The position numbers and the translations under genes were made by a program. Below the pieces are notes generated by a model, which was not told the origin of the DNA, did not search any database, and worked only from the letters and a program-made list of their open reading frames with translations. Shown piece by piece: positions 16,657 through 26,425 of a stretch of DNA of 64,000 nt (the stretch's first letter is position 1; every line of letters begins with the position of its first letter). Source of the stretch: Solirubrobacteraceae bacterium (GTDB lineage: Bacteria > Actinomycetota > Thermoleophilia > Solirubrobacterales > Solirubrobacteraceae). The DNA lies in assembly GCA_036273655.1 (NCBI GenBank), contig DASUHF010000035.1, positions 3,232 to 67,231 of the forward strand. Direction: 5' to 3'.

Positions 16657-17571
16657 ATGGCACACGCAGTCAGATTCGACGCCTACGGTCCCGTCGACGT
16701 CCTCAAGGTGGTCGACGTCGAGCGGCCGGTGCCTGGACCCGGCCAGGCGCTCGTCCGGGTCAAGGCGGCCGCGATCAACCTCGGCGAGTCAAAGACGCGG
16801 GAGGGGCTGATGCAAGACGTGTGGCCGACGACGTTCCCCTCCGGCCAGGGCACCGATCTTGCGGGGGTCGTGGCGGAGGTCGGCGACGGGGTCACGCGCG
16901 TCGCGGCCGGGGATGAGGTCATCGGCTTCAGCCTTGGCCGAGCAAGCCACGCACAGCTGGCGTTGGTCGAGGAGGACAACCTCGTGCCGCGCCCGGCGAA
17001 CGTCGACTGGGAGCAGGCCGGAGCCGTGTTCGTCGCCGGTACGAGCGCCTACGCGACGGTCCGCGCGGTCGCGCTACGTGAGGGCGACACGGTCGCGATC
17101 TCGGCCGCTGCCGGGGGTGTCGGCACGATCGCCGTGCAGCTTGCGCGGCGCCGCGGCGCGCGCGTGATCGGCCTTGCCAGCACGCCTCGCCACCGGTGGC
17201 TCGCCGACCACGGAGCGATCCCCGTCAGCTACGGCGAAGGCATGCTCGAGCGCCTCCGCCGGCTCGGACCGATTGACGCGTTCATCGACGGCCACGGCGA
17301 CGGATACGTCGAGCTTGCGCTTGAGCTCGGCGTCGCACCCGAACGGATCGACACGATCGTCGACCCCACCGCCGTCGAGCGCCACGGCGTCAAGTTCGAG
17401 GGCCACGCCGTCGCTGCAAACGCCGACGTGCTCGCCGAGCTCGTCGGGTTGATGGATGCGGGCGAGCTCGAGATCCCGGTTGCCGCCACCTACCCGCTGA
17501 ACGAGGTGCAGGCCGCCTACCGCCACCTGGAGAGCGGTCACCTCCTCGGCAAGATCGTGCTCACCCCGTAG
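16657..17571 (+). CDS. NADPH:quinone oxidoreductase / zinc-type alcohol dehydrogenase-like (MDR superfamily)
   Basis: GPGQALVRVKAAAINLGE and ISAAAGGVGTIAVQLARRRGARVIG (Rossmann). AAGGAG RBS 8 nt before the ATG at 16657. Confidence 0.85.
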   Translation: MAHAVRFDAYGPVDVLKVVDVERPVPGPGQALVRVKAAAINLGESKTREGLMQDVWPTTFPSGQGTDLAGVVAEVGDGVTRVAAGDEVIGFSLGRASHAQLALVEEDNLVPRPANVDWEQAGAVFVAGTSAYATVRAVALREGDTVAISAAAGGVGTIAVQLARRRGARVIGLASTPRHRWLADHGAIPVSYGEGMLERLRRLGPIDAFIDGHGDGYVELALELGVAPERIDTIVDPTAVERHGVKFEGHAVAANADVLAELVGLMDAGELEIPVAATYPLNEVQAAYRHLESGHLLGKIVLTP

Positions 17572-18986
17572 TGGCCCACGGGTCGGGCACAATGTCGGCG
17601 GTGAGCGACGAGCAGGGTCGAGCCCAGGCGGCGGAGAAGATGCGGGCCGCCGGCGCGCACGAAGAGGCGATCGGAGCCTTCGAGGACGCCTACGAGCGGC
17701 TCGTCCAGGGCGGCGAGGCGCTGCTGCCGACCGCGTCGCTGCAGCCCGTCGGCGACGTGCCGAGATTCGAGGAGCTGCCCGAGGCCGACGCCGCACAGGC
17801 GCTTGCGAAGACGGCGCTGATCAAGCTCAACGGCGGCCTGGCGACGTCGATGGGGCTGCGGGAGCCCAAGTCGCTGATCGAGGTCCACGAGGGCCATACG
17901 TTCCTGGACGTGATCGTCGGCCAGGCAAAGGCGCTGCGCGACCGCTACGGGGTCCGGCTGCCGCTGATCCTGATGGACTCAGACGCCACGCGCGAGGCGA
18001 CGCTTGCGGCGCTTCAGTCGATCGGCGGCGCCGACAACGACGGCATCGACGCCGACTTCTTGCAGAGCATGATTCCCAAGCTGGACGCCGAGACGCTGGC
18101 GCCGGTGACGTGGCGCCAAGCGCCGGCGCTCGAGTGGTCTCCGCCCGGCCACGGCGACGTCTACGGCGCGCTGCGGCGCTCGGGGATGCTCGCGGCGCTG
18201 CGCGAGCACGGGATCCGCTTCGCGATGATCTCCAACGCCGACAATCTCGGCGCGCAGCTGGACCCGAGGATCGTCGCGCACATGGCGTCCGAGCAGATCC
18301 CGTTTTTGATGGAGGTCGTGCAGGGCACCGAGGCCGACCGCAAAGGCGGCCACGTTGCGCGGCGGCGCTCGGACGGGCAGCTGGTGCTGCGCGAGACCGC
18401 GCAGACCCCGCCCGAGGATGAGGAGTCGTTTCGGGACTACCGGCGCTGGCGCTACTACAACACGAACACGCTGTGGGTCGACCTGGACGTGCTCGCGCAG
18501 CGGCTCGACGAGCGCGACGGGGTCCTGTCGCTGCCGCTGATCGTCAACCGCAAGACGGTCGATCCCCGCGACGGCGACTCGACCCCCGTGATCCAGCTCG
18601 AGTCGGCGATGGGCGCCGCGATCGAGAGCTTTGAGGGCGCCGCGCTGCTGCTGGTCCCGCGCACCCGGTTCGCGCCCGTCAAGACGACCGACGACCTGCT
18701 CGTGCTGCGCTCCGACGTGTACACCATCTCCGACGAGATGGTCGTCGCACCGGTGCCCGAGCGCGCCGCGAACCTGCCGTACGTCGAGCTCGACAAGCGC
18801 TACTACAAGCTGATCGACGCGTTCGAGGCGCGCTTCCCCGAAGGCCCGCCGTCGCTCAAGGAGGCCGAGCGCCTGGTCGTGTCGGGCGACGTCACGTTCG
18901 GGGCGGACGTGGTCGTGCGCGGCTCGGTGTCGCTGGACGTGACCGAGCCCGAGCAGATCGATCCGGGCACCGTGCTGAGCGGCTGA
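17571..18986 (+). CDS. UTP--glucose-1-phosphate uridylyltransferase, eukaryote-type UDPGP family
   Basis: LIKLNGGLATSMGLREPKSLIEV, NADNLGA and NTNTLWVDL blocks. GTG at 17571 overlaps the upstream stop; the ATG at 17592 is an alternative. Confidence 0.85.
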   Translation: MAHGSGTMSAVSDEQGRAQAAEKMRAAGAHEEAIGAFEDAYERLVQGGEALLPTASLQPVGDVPRFEELPEADAAQALAKTALIKLNGGLATSMGLREPKSLIEVHEGHTFLDVIVGQAKALRDRYGVRLPLILMDSDATREATLAALQSIGGADNDGIDADFLQSMIPKLDAETLAPVTWRQAPALEWSPPGHGDVYGALRRSGMLAALREHGIRFAMISNADNLGAQLDPRIVAHMASEQIPFLMEVVQGTEADRKGGHVARRRSDGQLVLRETAQTPPEDEESFRDYRRWRYYNTNTLWVDLDVLAQRLDERDGVLSLPLIVNRKTVDPRDGDSTPVIQLESAMGAAIESFEGAALLLVPRTRFAPVKTTDDLLVLRSDVYTISDEMVVAPVPERAANLPYVELDKRYYKLIDAFEARFPEGPPSLKEAERLVVSGDVTFGADVVVRGSVSLDVTEPEQIDPGTVLSG

Positions 18987-18990
18987 ACGC

Positions 18991-20415
18991 TCAGCGGGGC
19001 CGCCCGGCGCCGAGCGCGCCGGGGATCTCGTCGCGACGCGCGGGCGCGCCTGCCGACAGCGGTACCGGCAGCGTCACCGTCGGCGTACGACCCGCCCGGG
19101 CGCCGGCGGCCGCGGTGCGCATGCGCGCGGCGGTCGCGAGCCGGCGGGCGTTGGTCCAGTCGACATGCGCGGGCCGGTAGCGCAGCAGTGCGGCCCACGT
19201 CTGCGAGCCGACGATGCCGTCGACGCCGAGCCCGTGCGCGCGCTGGAACGCCATCACGTCGGCGACCGTCCTGGCCTTGAACTTGCCGCTGACCTTGACC
19301 GCGTAGCCGGCCGACACGAGATGCTCCTGGATCCATACGACGAGGTCGCCGCGTGCGCCGCGGCCGACCGTGGCAAGCGCCTGGTAGGGCGCGAAGCCCG
19401 GCAGCCGGCCGACCGGCCTCGAGATCGCGCGCCAGGCCGCCTGACGGGCCGACTGCCAGTCCCACCACGACACGCCGGTGGCGCCGTACGCGCGCGAGAT
19501 CGCCCGGAAGTGCTCGATCTGGGCCGATGGCGGGTCGGAGTAGATCTGACCGAGTGGGTAGATCCGGCGGCGGTAGGGGCGGTTGAACGCGTACGTGTGC
19601 GCGTACACGTACGAGACGCTCGTGCCGATGTCCTTCCAGTACATCTGCGGCACGTTGAACTGGGCGCCGCCGGGGCCCAGGAACACGGAGTAGGGGAAGC
19701 TCGGGTGGTAGTCGACGTACGGGAAGCTCGCCAGCGCCAGCGGATAGCGCGGGCCGATCAGACTGCGCAGCCGCTCGATGTAGGTCTGCGCGGCCACGTA
19801 GCGACCCTCGTACTGGGCTTCGGCATCGATCACCAGGCAGTTGGCGCCGTGCCTGACCGCCTCGGCGCCGGCGTTCGCCTCCGCGACCGGCTTGTAGCCG
19901 TACACGTACTGCCAGGCGCAGACCTTCAGGCCGCCGCGCTGCAGCGCGTGCACGACCGCCGAGCTGAACTGGCCTGACCAGAAGCCGCCGCCGTCCGAGG
20001 ACTTCATGAACACGGTCGAGATCCCGTATCGGTGAGCGCGGGCGAGGATCGTCGCGAGGTTGCCGTGCGCGGTCGAGCCCAGCTCCCAGATCCACACCCC
20101 GCGACCGTGCAGCGGGTTGGAGCCGTGGTGGTGGGCGCGGTGGTGCCGGTGCCGGGAGCGCGCGTGATGGCGCTGATGGCGCTGATGGCGCTGGTGCTTG
20201 GTGTGGCCGCCGAGCGAGGCGCCGCCACCGCCGGAGGCGAACGCGGACGCGGCGCCTGCGAACGCGGCGGCGATCGTCAACGCGACGGCCAGTAGCAGCG
20301 CCGCGCGAGCGCGACGGCCCCGTGTCGGTCCTCGCGTACGACGGCCGCCGCGATGGTCGCGGTCGAGCAGCATACGGATCGTCACCGTACCGAAAAACCC
20401 GGCAGTTGCTCGCAA
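18991..20415 (-). CDS. secreted protein: His-rich linker, glycoside-hydrolase-like TIM-barrel domain, peptidoglycan-binding domain
   Basis: RR-containing signal peptide. HTKHQRHQRHQRHHARSRHRHHRAHHHG tract. C-terminal GDLVVWIQEHLVSAGY...VMAFQRAHGLGVDGIVGSQTWAAL matches PG_binding_1. The hydrolase family is not resolved by eye. Confidence 0.7.
   Translation of the reverse strand: MRATAGFFGTVTIRMLLDRDHRGGRRTRGPTRGRRARAALLLAVALTIAAAFAGAASAFASGGGGASLGGHTKHQRHQRHQRHHARSRHRHHRAHHHGSNPLHGRGVWIWELGSTAHGNLATILARAHRYGISTVFMKSSDGGGFWSGQFSSAVVHALQRGGLKVCAWQYVYGYKPVAEANAGAEAVRHGANCLVIDAEAQYEGRYVAAQTYIERLRSLIGPRYPLALASFPYVDYHPSFPYSVFLGPGGAQFNVPQMYWKDIGTSVSYVYAHTYAFNRPYRRRIYPLGQIYSDPPSAQIEHFRAISRAYGATGVSWWDWQSARQAAWRAISRPVGRLPGFAPYQALATVGRGARGDLVVWIQEHLVSAGYAVKVSGKFKARTVADVMAFQRAHGLGVDGIVGSQTWAALLRYRPAHVDWTNARRLATAARMRTAAAGARAGRTPTVTLPVPLSAGAPARRDEIPGALGAGRPR
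20165..20191. repeat. perfect 9-nt tandem repeat (TGATGGCGC)x3 inside the His-rich coding tract
   Basis: Read directly. It encodes (HQR)3 on the minus strand. Confidence 0.9.
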
Positions 20416-20464
20416 GTTGTGGTGTTTGGGGCGAGCCCGGCCCGAGGCCGGCTCGCGCCCGGCA

Positions 20465-22612
20465 CTACTTCACGAACAGAATCTCGGAGTACTTCGGCAG
20501 CGGCCACAGGTCGTCGGCGACGACCTTTTCGAGCGCGTCGGCCGCCTCGCGCACGCCCGCCATCGCCGGGATCGTCGTGTCGCGCATGTACTGGGCGTGC
20601 GCGAGCGACTCCTGGGGCTGGTTGACCGCGAGGTTGGCCTCCTCGAGCACCTTGATCGCCTCGACCAGCGTCGAGATCAGCGACTCGGCCTCGGCAGCGA
20701 GCTCGCCCAGTTGCGCGGCGAGCAGCATCGACAGGTGTCGCGCGGACGCCGGCAGCAGCATCGTCTTGGCGATCGTCGCCGCCGTCTCGGCCTCGATGTT
20801 GATCTTCGTCGTGTACTGCTCGAGGAACACCTCGTAACGGGACTCGAGCTCGCGCCTGGACAGCACCCCGTAGTTGGAGAACACGGTGACCGTGTCGTCC
20901 GCGAGCATGTAGGGGAGGGCATCGGGCGTCGTCGGCAGGTTCAGCAGCCCGCGCGACATCGCCTCGGCGTGCCAGTCCTCCGAGTAGTTGTCACCGCCGA
21001 ACACGACCTGCTTGTTGGCCGCGTAGCTGCCCTGCAGGATCGGCCGCAGCGCTGCCTCGAGGTCGGCGCCGCCCTCGAGCGCGTCCTCGAGCTCCTCGGC
21101 GAGGTAGTCGATCGCCTCGGCGACGATCGTGTTGAGCACCGTATTGGGCAGCGACAGCGACATGCTCGAGCCCAACGCCCGGAATTCGAACTTGTTGCCG
21201 GTGAACGCGAACGGGCTCGTGCGGTTGCGGTCGCCGCCGTGCATCGGCATCGGCGGCAGCACCGGCGTGCCGAGGCCGAGGAACGACTCCGGCGTCGACT
21301 CCCCGGACTCGCCGCGTTCGATCGCACCGAACACGCGCTCGAGCTCGGCGCCGAGGAAGATCGAGATGATCGCGGGCGGGGCCTCGTTGGCCCCGAGCCG
21401 GTGGTCCTGGCCGGCGGTCGCCACCGACGCCCGCAACAGCCCCTGGTGCTTGTGGACGGCCTGGATCACGGCCGCCGCGAAGAACAGGAACTGCAGGTTC
21501 TCGTGGGGCGTGTCGCCCGGGTCGAGCAGGTTCTCCCCCTCGTCGGTCCCCATCGACCAGTTGTTGTGCTTGCCCGAGCCGTTGACGCCCGCGAACGGCT
21601 TCTCGTGCAGCAGGCACACCAGCCCGTAGCGGCGGGCGACGTTCTGCATGATCTGCATCGTCAGCTGCTGGTGGTCGGCGCCGACGTTGGAGTTCTCGAA
21701 GATCGGCGCGACCTCGTACTGCGACGGCGCCACCTCGTTGTGACGGGTCTTGATCGGCACGCCGAGTTTGGCGAGCTCCTGCTCGGTCTCGAGCATGCAG
21801 GCGAGCACCCGCTCGGGGATCGAGCCGAAGTAGTGGTCGTCGAGCTCGTGCCCCTTCGGGGGCTTGGCGCCGAACAGCGTGCGGCCGGTCGTGATCAGGT
21901 CCGGCCGCTCGAAGTAATACTGCTCGTCGATCAGGAAGTACTCCTGCTCGGGGCCGACGGTCGTGAACACCCGCTCGGCGGTCGAGTTGCCGAACAGCCG
22001 CAGCGCCCGGACCGCCGACTTCGACAGCGCGTCCATCGAGCGCAGCAGCGGGATCTTGTTGTCCAGCGCCTCGCCGGTCCAGGACACGAACGCGGTCGGG
22101 ATGCACAGCAGCGCGCCGTTGGGGTTCTCGAGGAGGAACGCCGGGCTGGTCGGGTCCCAGGCGGTGTAGCCGCGGGCCTCGAACGTCGCGCGGATGCCGC
22201 CGGTCGGAAACGACGAGGCGTCGGGCTCGGCCTGGATCAGCTCCTTGCCGGAGAACTCCGGCAGCGCGGTGCCCTCGCCGGTCGGCGCGTAGAAGCTGTC
22301 GTGCTTCTCGGCGGTCAGCCCCGTCAACGGCTGGAACACGTGCGCGTAGTGGGTCGCACCCCGCTCCAGCGCCCATTCCTTCATCGCCAGCGCGACCGCG
22401 TCGGCCAGCGACGTGTCGAGCGCCTCGCCCTTGGCGAGCGTCTTGGAGAGCTTGCCGTACACCTCCTTGGGCAGGCGCTGGCGCTGGATCGCCGAGCTGA
22501 ACACGTTCTCGCCGAAGATCTGGTTGTCCGAGACGGTCAGGTCGGTGGTGCCGAGCGTGTCGCCGTTGGGGCTCCACTTGGCTGCGAGAACGTTCTGCTG
22601 GCGGATGGGCAT
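20465..22612 (-). CDS. glnN: glutamine synthetase type III
   Basis: 715 aa. The N-terminus [34 protein letters not shown] and the length are characteristic of GSIII, and catalytic-core blocks are present. Confidence 0.9.
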   Translation of the reverse strand: MPIRQQNVLAAKWSPNGDTLGTTDLTVSDNQIFGENVFSSAIQRQRLPKEVYGKLSKTLAKGEALDTSLADAVALAMKEWALERGATHYAHVFQPLTGLTAEKHDSFYAPTGEGTALPEFSGKELIQAEPDASSFPTGGIRATFEARGYTAWDPTSPAFLLENPNGALLCIPTAFVSWTGEALDNKIPLLRSMDALSKSAVRALRLFGNSTAERVFTTVGPEQEYFLIDEQYYFERPDLITTGRTLFGAKPPKGHELDDHYFGSIPERVLACMLETEQELAKLGVPIKTRHNEVAPSQYEVAPIFENSNVGADHQQLTMQIMQNVARRYGLVCLLHEKPFAGVNGSGKHNNWSMGTDEGENLLDPGDTPHENLQFLFFAAAVIQAVHKHQGLLRASVATAGQDHRLGANEAPPAIISIFLGAELERVFGAIERGESGESTPESFLGLGTPVLPPMPMHGGDRNRTSPFAFTGNKFEFRALGSSMSLSLPNTVLNTIVAEAIDYLAEELEDALEGGADLEAALRPILQGSYAANKQVVFGGDNYSEDWHAEAMSRGLLNLPTTPDALPYMLADDTVTVFSNYGVLSRRELESRYEVFLEQYTTKINIEAETAATIAKTMLLPASARHLSMLLAAQLGELAAEAESLISTLVEAIKVLEEANLAVNQPQESLAHAQYMRDTTIPAMAGVREAADALEKVVADDLWPLPKYSEILFVK

Positions 22613-22812
22613 GGGCTTTAGTGATTCCTTTCCGGATGCCGGCGATAGCGGCGTGGCGCGGACGCGATGGCCGCACTCCTGGAGAATGAGGCCAGAGGCT
22701 AGGTCACGTTCGGCGCCGGGTCACTATCCCAATGTCCAAACTGGGCGACAATCGCTCGGCCGCGCGGAGCATCCGAGTCGTGGCGCACGCCGTGTTGGGT
22801 AATAGTGCGCGT

Positions 22813-23868
22813 ATGAGCTCAGACGCCGACATCGGACCCGCGACCTGGTACTTGCCCGCGCCGGGCCGCTACGACGAGGTCGAATATCGACGGTGCGGGC
22901 GCAGCGGCCTGAAGCTGCCGCCGATCTCGCTCGGCCTGTGGCAGAACTTCGGCGACGACCGCCCGCTGGCGACGAGCCGCGCGATCCTGCGGCGTGCGTT
23001 CGACCTCGGGATCACGCACTTCGACCTCGCCAACAACTACGGGCCGCCGTACGGTTCGGCCGAGACCAACTTCGGCCGGATCTTCGCCGAGGACTTCTCG
23101 CGGCTGCGCCACGAGCTCGTGATCTCGACCAAGGCCGGCTACGACATGTGGCCGGGGCCCTACGGTGACCTCGGCTCGCGCAAGTACCTGCTCGACAGCC
23201 TCGACGAGTCGCTTGTGCGGATGCGCCTCGACCACGTCGACATCTTCTACTCGCACCGCCTCGACCCCGAGACGCCGCTGGAGGAGACGATGGGGGCGCT
23301 GGATTTCGCCGTGCGCTCGGGCAAGGCGCGCTACGCCGGGATCTCTTCCTACAGCCCCGAGCGCACGCTCGAGGCGGCGGCGATCCTGCGCCGGCTGGGG
23401 ACGCCGTTGTTGATTCATCAACCGTCCTACTCGATGTTCAACCGCTGGATCGAGCCCGAGCTGCTTGACGTGCTCGACCGCGAGGGCGTCGGCTGCATCG
23501 CGTTCTCGCCGCTGGCGCAGGGGCTGCTCACCGACAAGTACCTCGACGGGATCCCGTCGGACTCGCGCGTGCGGCGGGGGCTGCATTTCTCCGAAGGGCT
23601 GCTCACCGACGCCAACATCGAGCGGGCGCGCGCGCTCAACGAGATCGCGCAGCGACGCGGCCAGACGCTGGCGCAGATGGCGATCGCGTGGGTCCTGCGC
23701 GATCGGCGCGTGACCTCGGCGCTCGTCGGCGCGTCGAGCGTCGCGCAGCTTGAAAACAGCGTCGCGGCGCTGGCGCAGCCGGACTTCGCGGCCGACGAGC
23801 TGGCGGAGATCGACCGTTACGCGGTGGACGGCGAGATCAACATCTGGGCCGCGTCGAGCAACGCGTAG
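22813..23868 (+). CDS. gpr: aldo/keto reductase, L-glyceraldehyde-3-phosphate reductase (YghZ/Gpr-like)
   Basis: YRRCGRSGLKLPPISLGLWQNFG...AILRRAFDLGITHFDLANNYGPPYGSAETNFGRIF is very close to the E. coli YghZ N-terminus. Confidence 0.88.
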   Translation: MSSDADIGPATWYLPAPGRYDEVEYRRCGRSGLKLPPISLGLWQNFGDDRPLATSRAILRRAFDLGITHFDLANNYGPPYGSAETNFGRIFAEDFSRLRHELVISTKAGYDMWPGPYGDLGSRKYLLDSLDESLVRMRLDHVDIFYSHRLDPETPLEETMGALDFAVRSGKARYAGISSYSPERTLEAAAILRRLGTPLLIHQPSYSMFNRWIEPELLDVLDREGVGCIAFSPLAQGLLTDKYLDGIPSDSRVRRGLHFSEGLLTDANIERARALNEIAQRRGQTLAQMAIAWVLRDRRVTSALVGASSVAQLENSVAALAQPDFAADELAEIDRYAVDGEINIWAASSNA

Positions 23869-23923
23869 CCGCAGCTCGGTTCCGGGCGGCTCCGCAGGAC
23901 CAATGCAACGCTGAGTGGGATAT

Positions 23924-23944
23924 CAGTCCGGATATGCCGGACTG
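23924..23944. terminator. 8-bp hairpin CAGTCCGG-atatg-CCGGACTG between convergent genes
   Basis: Read directly. It lies between the gpr stop (23868) and the lipoprotein stop (23959). No U-tract. Confidence 0.4.
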
Positions 23945-23958
23945 AGGTCTCACGCGAC

Positions 23959-24708
23959 TCAGCGCTTGGTCGTGACCTTGCCGTTGGGCTGCACGATGTA
24001 GTGGGGCGGCTTGGGCGAGACCGTGCCAACGATCGTGCCGCGCGCCGGCTTGTTGCCGGCGAGGACCGCACGATTGTGCCCGTTGAGCGCCGCCGCGACC
24101 TGCCACGCGACCGTGAACCGCCCCGCCCTGACCGGCGTCACCGTCCACACGAACCGGGCCGTGTGGCCGGGCGCCAGCCGGCCCAGCGCCCAGGTGTTGG
24201 AGTAGGCGGTGACGGCCGCGCCCGGGCCGAGGTTGCGGCAGCTATAGCCGCACTTGCCGGGCGGCCGCAGGACGATCCAGATCGGCCGTGACGCGTTGGC
24301 GAGGTTCGGCGCCTTGCCGATCGCGTAGGAGAACGCCTGGACGGTCGTGCCCTCGCCGCGCGGGGCCTTGTAGGAGCAGGTCGTGTTGCAGATCGAGACG
24401 GCGACGTTGGGCAGTGCCCGGCGGCCGGTGTTGCGGACCGCGAGCACGAGCCGCACGCGTTGGGCCAGCGACTGCCGGCGCGGGAACGACGCGCTCACCG
24501 CGATCGGGTAATTCTCGGCCGCAACGCGTTGACCGGCCGGGCCGGTCGTGCTCGACGCCGAGCCCGAGCCGCCGCAGCCCGACGCCGCCAGCGCCACCGT
24601 CGCCGTGGCGATGACCATGCAGATCCTCGCTCTCCGCCCGCTCAACGCGCCGTCAACACTAACAGTCGACCTTCTGGCGTCTTGGCGGCTACCGGTGGTG
24701 CTCGACAT
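23959..24708 (-). CDS. lipoprotein of unknown function (CARDB/Ig-like fold suspected)
   Basis: Lipobox TVALAASGCGG. The beta-rich body includes RLVLAVRNTGRRALPNVAVSI. Start chosen at MSSTTG (24708). Confidence 0.65.
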   Translation of the reverse strand: MSSTTGSRQDARRSTVSVDGALSGRRARICMVIATATVALAASGCGGSGSASSTTGPAGQRVAAENYPIAVSASFPRRQSLAQRVRLVLAVRNTGRRALPNVAVSICNTTCSYKAPRGEGTTVQAFSYAIGKAPNLANASRPIWIVLRPPGKCGYSCRNLGPGAAVTAYSNTWALGRLAPGHTARFVWTVTPVRAGRFTVAWQVAAALNGHNRAVLAGNKPARGTIVGTVSPKPPHYIVQPNGKVTTKR

Positions 24709-24775
24709 GCCCGTCACGTAGGCTTTGCGCCGCCGCGCGGCCCCCGTGGGCGCGGGTTCAGGGAGGAGACCACCG

Positions 24776-25585
24776 TTGCTGAGAGCCGTCGCCGATCGAA
24801 CCTTCTCGCCGACCAGATCGGCGCTGGAGGAGGTCGGCAACATGGTCATCCTGACGGGACGCACGATCGTCTCAGCGGTGCGGCCCCCGTACCCGTACGG
24901 CCCGGAGTTCGTCGGTCAATTCCTGTTCGCGATGCGGCTGTGCTGGTTTCCGCTGCTGATCTCGACGATCGCGTTCGGCTACGAGGCGCCGGGGCTGCAG
25001 GGCGCGAACTTCCTCGTGCTGTTCGGCGCGATCGACCGGCTCGGCGGCTTCTTCGTGCTGTCGTCGGTACGCGAGTTCGCCCCGTTCGTGGACGCGATCG
25101 TGCTGGCCGGCGTCGCCGGCACGGCGATCACCGCCGACCTCGGCGCGCGCAAGATCCGTGAGGAGCTCGAGGCGCTACAGGTGCTCGGCGTCGACCCGGT
25201 CAAGAACCTCGTCGTGCCGCGCTTTCTAGCGCTGATGCTGCTGACCGGCCTGTTCGACGTGTACGCGCTGATCTTCGGCGTGATCGGCGGGATCGCGGCG
25301 ACGCTCGTCAACCACGCGCCGCTGGGGCCGTTCTTCGCGACGTTCTTCAACAACGCCGAGACCACGGATTTGTGGGGCTCGGTCGTGAAGACGACGCTGT
25401 TCGGGGCGATCATCGCGATCGTCTGCTGCTACAAGGGCATGACCGCGTCCGGCGGGGCCGAGGGCGTGGGCCGCGCCGTCAACCAGGCGGTCGTGATCGC
25501 GTTCCTCGGCGTGTTCGCGTTCAACTACGCGTTCACCCAGACGCTGCTGGCCACCCACCCGCAGATCACCACGATCGTCAAGTGA
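24776..25585 (+). CDS. MlaE/YrbE-family ABC permease (YrbEA-like)
   Basis: FVLSSVREFAPFVDAIVLAGVAGTAITADLGARKIREELEALQVLGVDPVKNLVVPRFLA is the MlaE signature. TTG at 24776 is preceded by a GGGAGGAG SD. Confidence 0.85.
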   Translation: MLRAVADRTFSPTRSALEEVGNMVILTGRTIVSAVRPPYPYGPEFVGQFLFAMRLCWFPLLISTIAFGYEAPGLQGANFLVLFGAIDRLGGFFVLSSVREFAPFVDAIVLAGVAGTAITADLGARKIREELEALQVLGVDPVKNLVVPRFLALMLLTGLFDVYALIFGVIGGIAATLVNHAPLGPFFATFFNNAETTDLWGSVVKTTLFGAIIAIVCCYKGMTASGGAEGVGRAVNQAVVIAFLGVFAFNYAFTQTLLATHPQITTIVK

Positions 25586-25589
25586 CCAC

Positions 25590-26387
25590 GTGAACGAGCT
25601 GATCGCGACACCCCGGGGCTGGATCGAATCGTTCGGCGAGATGACGAAGTTCGCCGGTCGCATGATCGGCGACGTCGTCTCGCTGCGCGTGTTCAAGTTC
25701 TTCGGCGAGGCGCTGCGGCAGGCCGGGATCCTGATCGTCTCCTCGACGCTCGTGATCTTCGGGCTCGTGTTCATCATCGGCCTGGAGTGCGGGATCGAGG
25801 GCGGCTACTTCACCTACGGCGAGGGGACGCCGGCGTACTCGGGCGTGTTCGCCGCGTGGTGTGACCTGCGCGAGCTGGTCCCGCTCGTGTTCGGCTACAT
25901 GATGGCCGCCAAGGTCGGCACCGGGATCGTCGCCGAGCTCGGCTCGATGCGGATTTCCGACGAGATCGACGCGCTCGAGGTGATGGGCATCAGCGGCATG
26001 CGGTTCCTCTGCGCGACGCGGCTGCTGGCGGCGATGATGGTGCTGCCGTTCGTCTACCTGTGCTCGATCGGCGCGGGCTTCTTCGCCTCCTATCTGGCGG
26101 TCGTGCAGCAGCTCGGATACGTCTCCTCGGGCGGCTTCTTATTGATCTTCTGGCAGTTCCAGAACCCGACCGATGTCTTATTCAGCTTGATAAAGGCGAT
26201 GGCGATGGCGTTCGTCATCGTCATCGTTGGCTGCTACTACGGCTACAACGCCAGTGGCGGCCCCGTCGGCGTGGGCACGGCCACGGCCAAGTCGATGGTC
26301 GTCAACCTCGTCTCGGTCCACCTGATCGGGATGCTCGGCACGCAGCTGTTCTGGGGGGCCAACCCGCGCGCGCCGATCGGCGGATGA
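25590..26387 (+). CDS. MlaE/YrbE-family ABC permease (YrbEB-like)
   Basis: MAAKVGTGIVAELGSMRISDEIDALEVMGISGMRFLCATRLLA is the paralogous MlaE signature. Confidence 0.85.
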   Translation: MNELIATPRGWIESFGEMTKFAGRMIGDVVSLRVFKFFGEALRQAGILIVSSTLVIFGLVFIIGLECGIEGGYFTYGEGTPAYSGVFAAWCDLRELVPLVFGYMMAAKVGTGIVAELGSMRISDEIDALEVMGISGMRFLCATRLLAAMMVLPFVYLCSIGAGFFASYLAVVQQLGYVSSGGFLLIFWQFQNPTDVLFSLIKAMAMAFVIVIVGCYYGYNASGGPVGVGTATAKSMVVNLVSVHLIGMLGTQLFWGANPRAPIGG

Positions 26388-26425
26388 CCAGGCCCGACGG
26401 TCTAGATTCCAGGGCGGAGGTACTG

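Noticed and set aside
20165-20191. Tandem repeat as a possible CRISPR or minisatellite array
   Set aside because: It is only 27 nt (3 x 9 nt), has no spacers and lies in frame within a coding region. No CRISPR-like repeat-spacer architecture exists anywhere in the window.
22613-22812. GlnR-box or regulatory RNA upstream of the GSIII gene
   Set aside because: Only two GTCAC pentamers 17 nt apart were found (about 22703-22724). There are no GnAAC half-sites at the expected 6-nt spacing, and no convincing conserved RNA structure is visible by eye.
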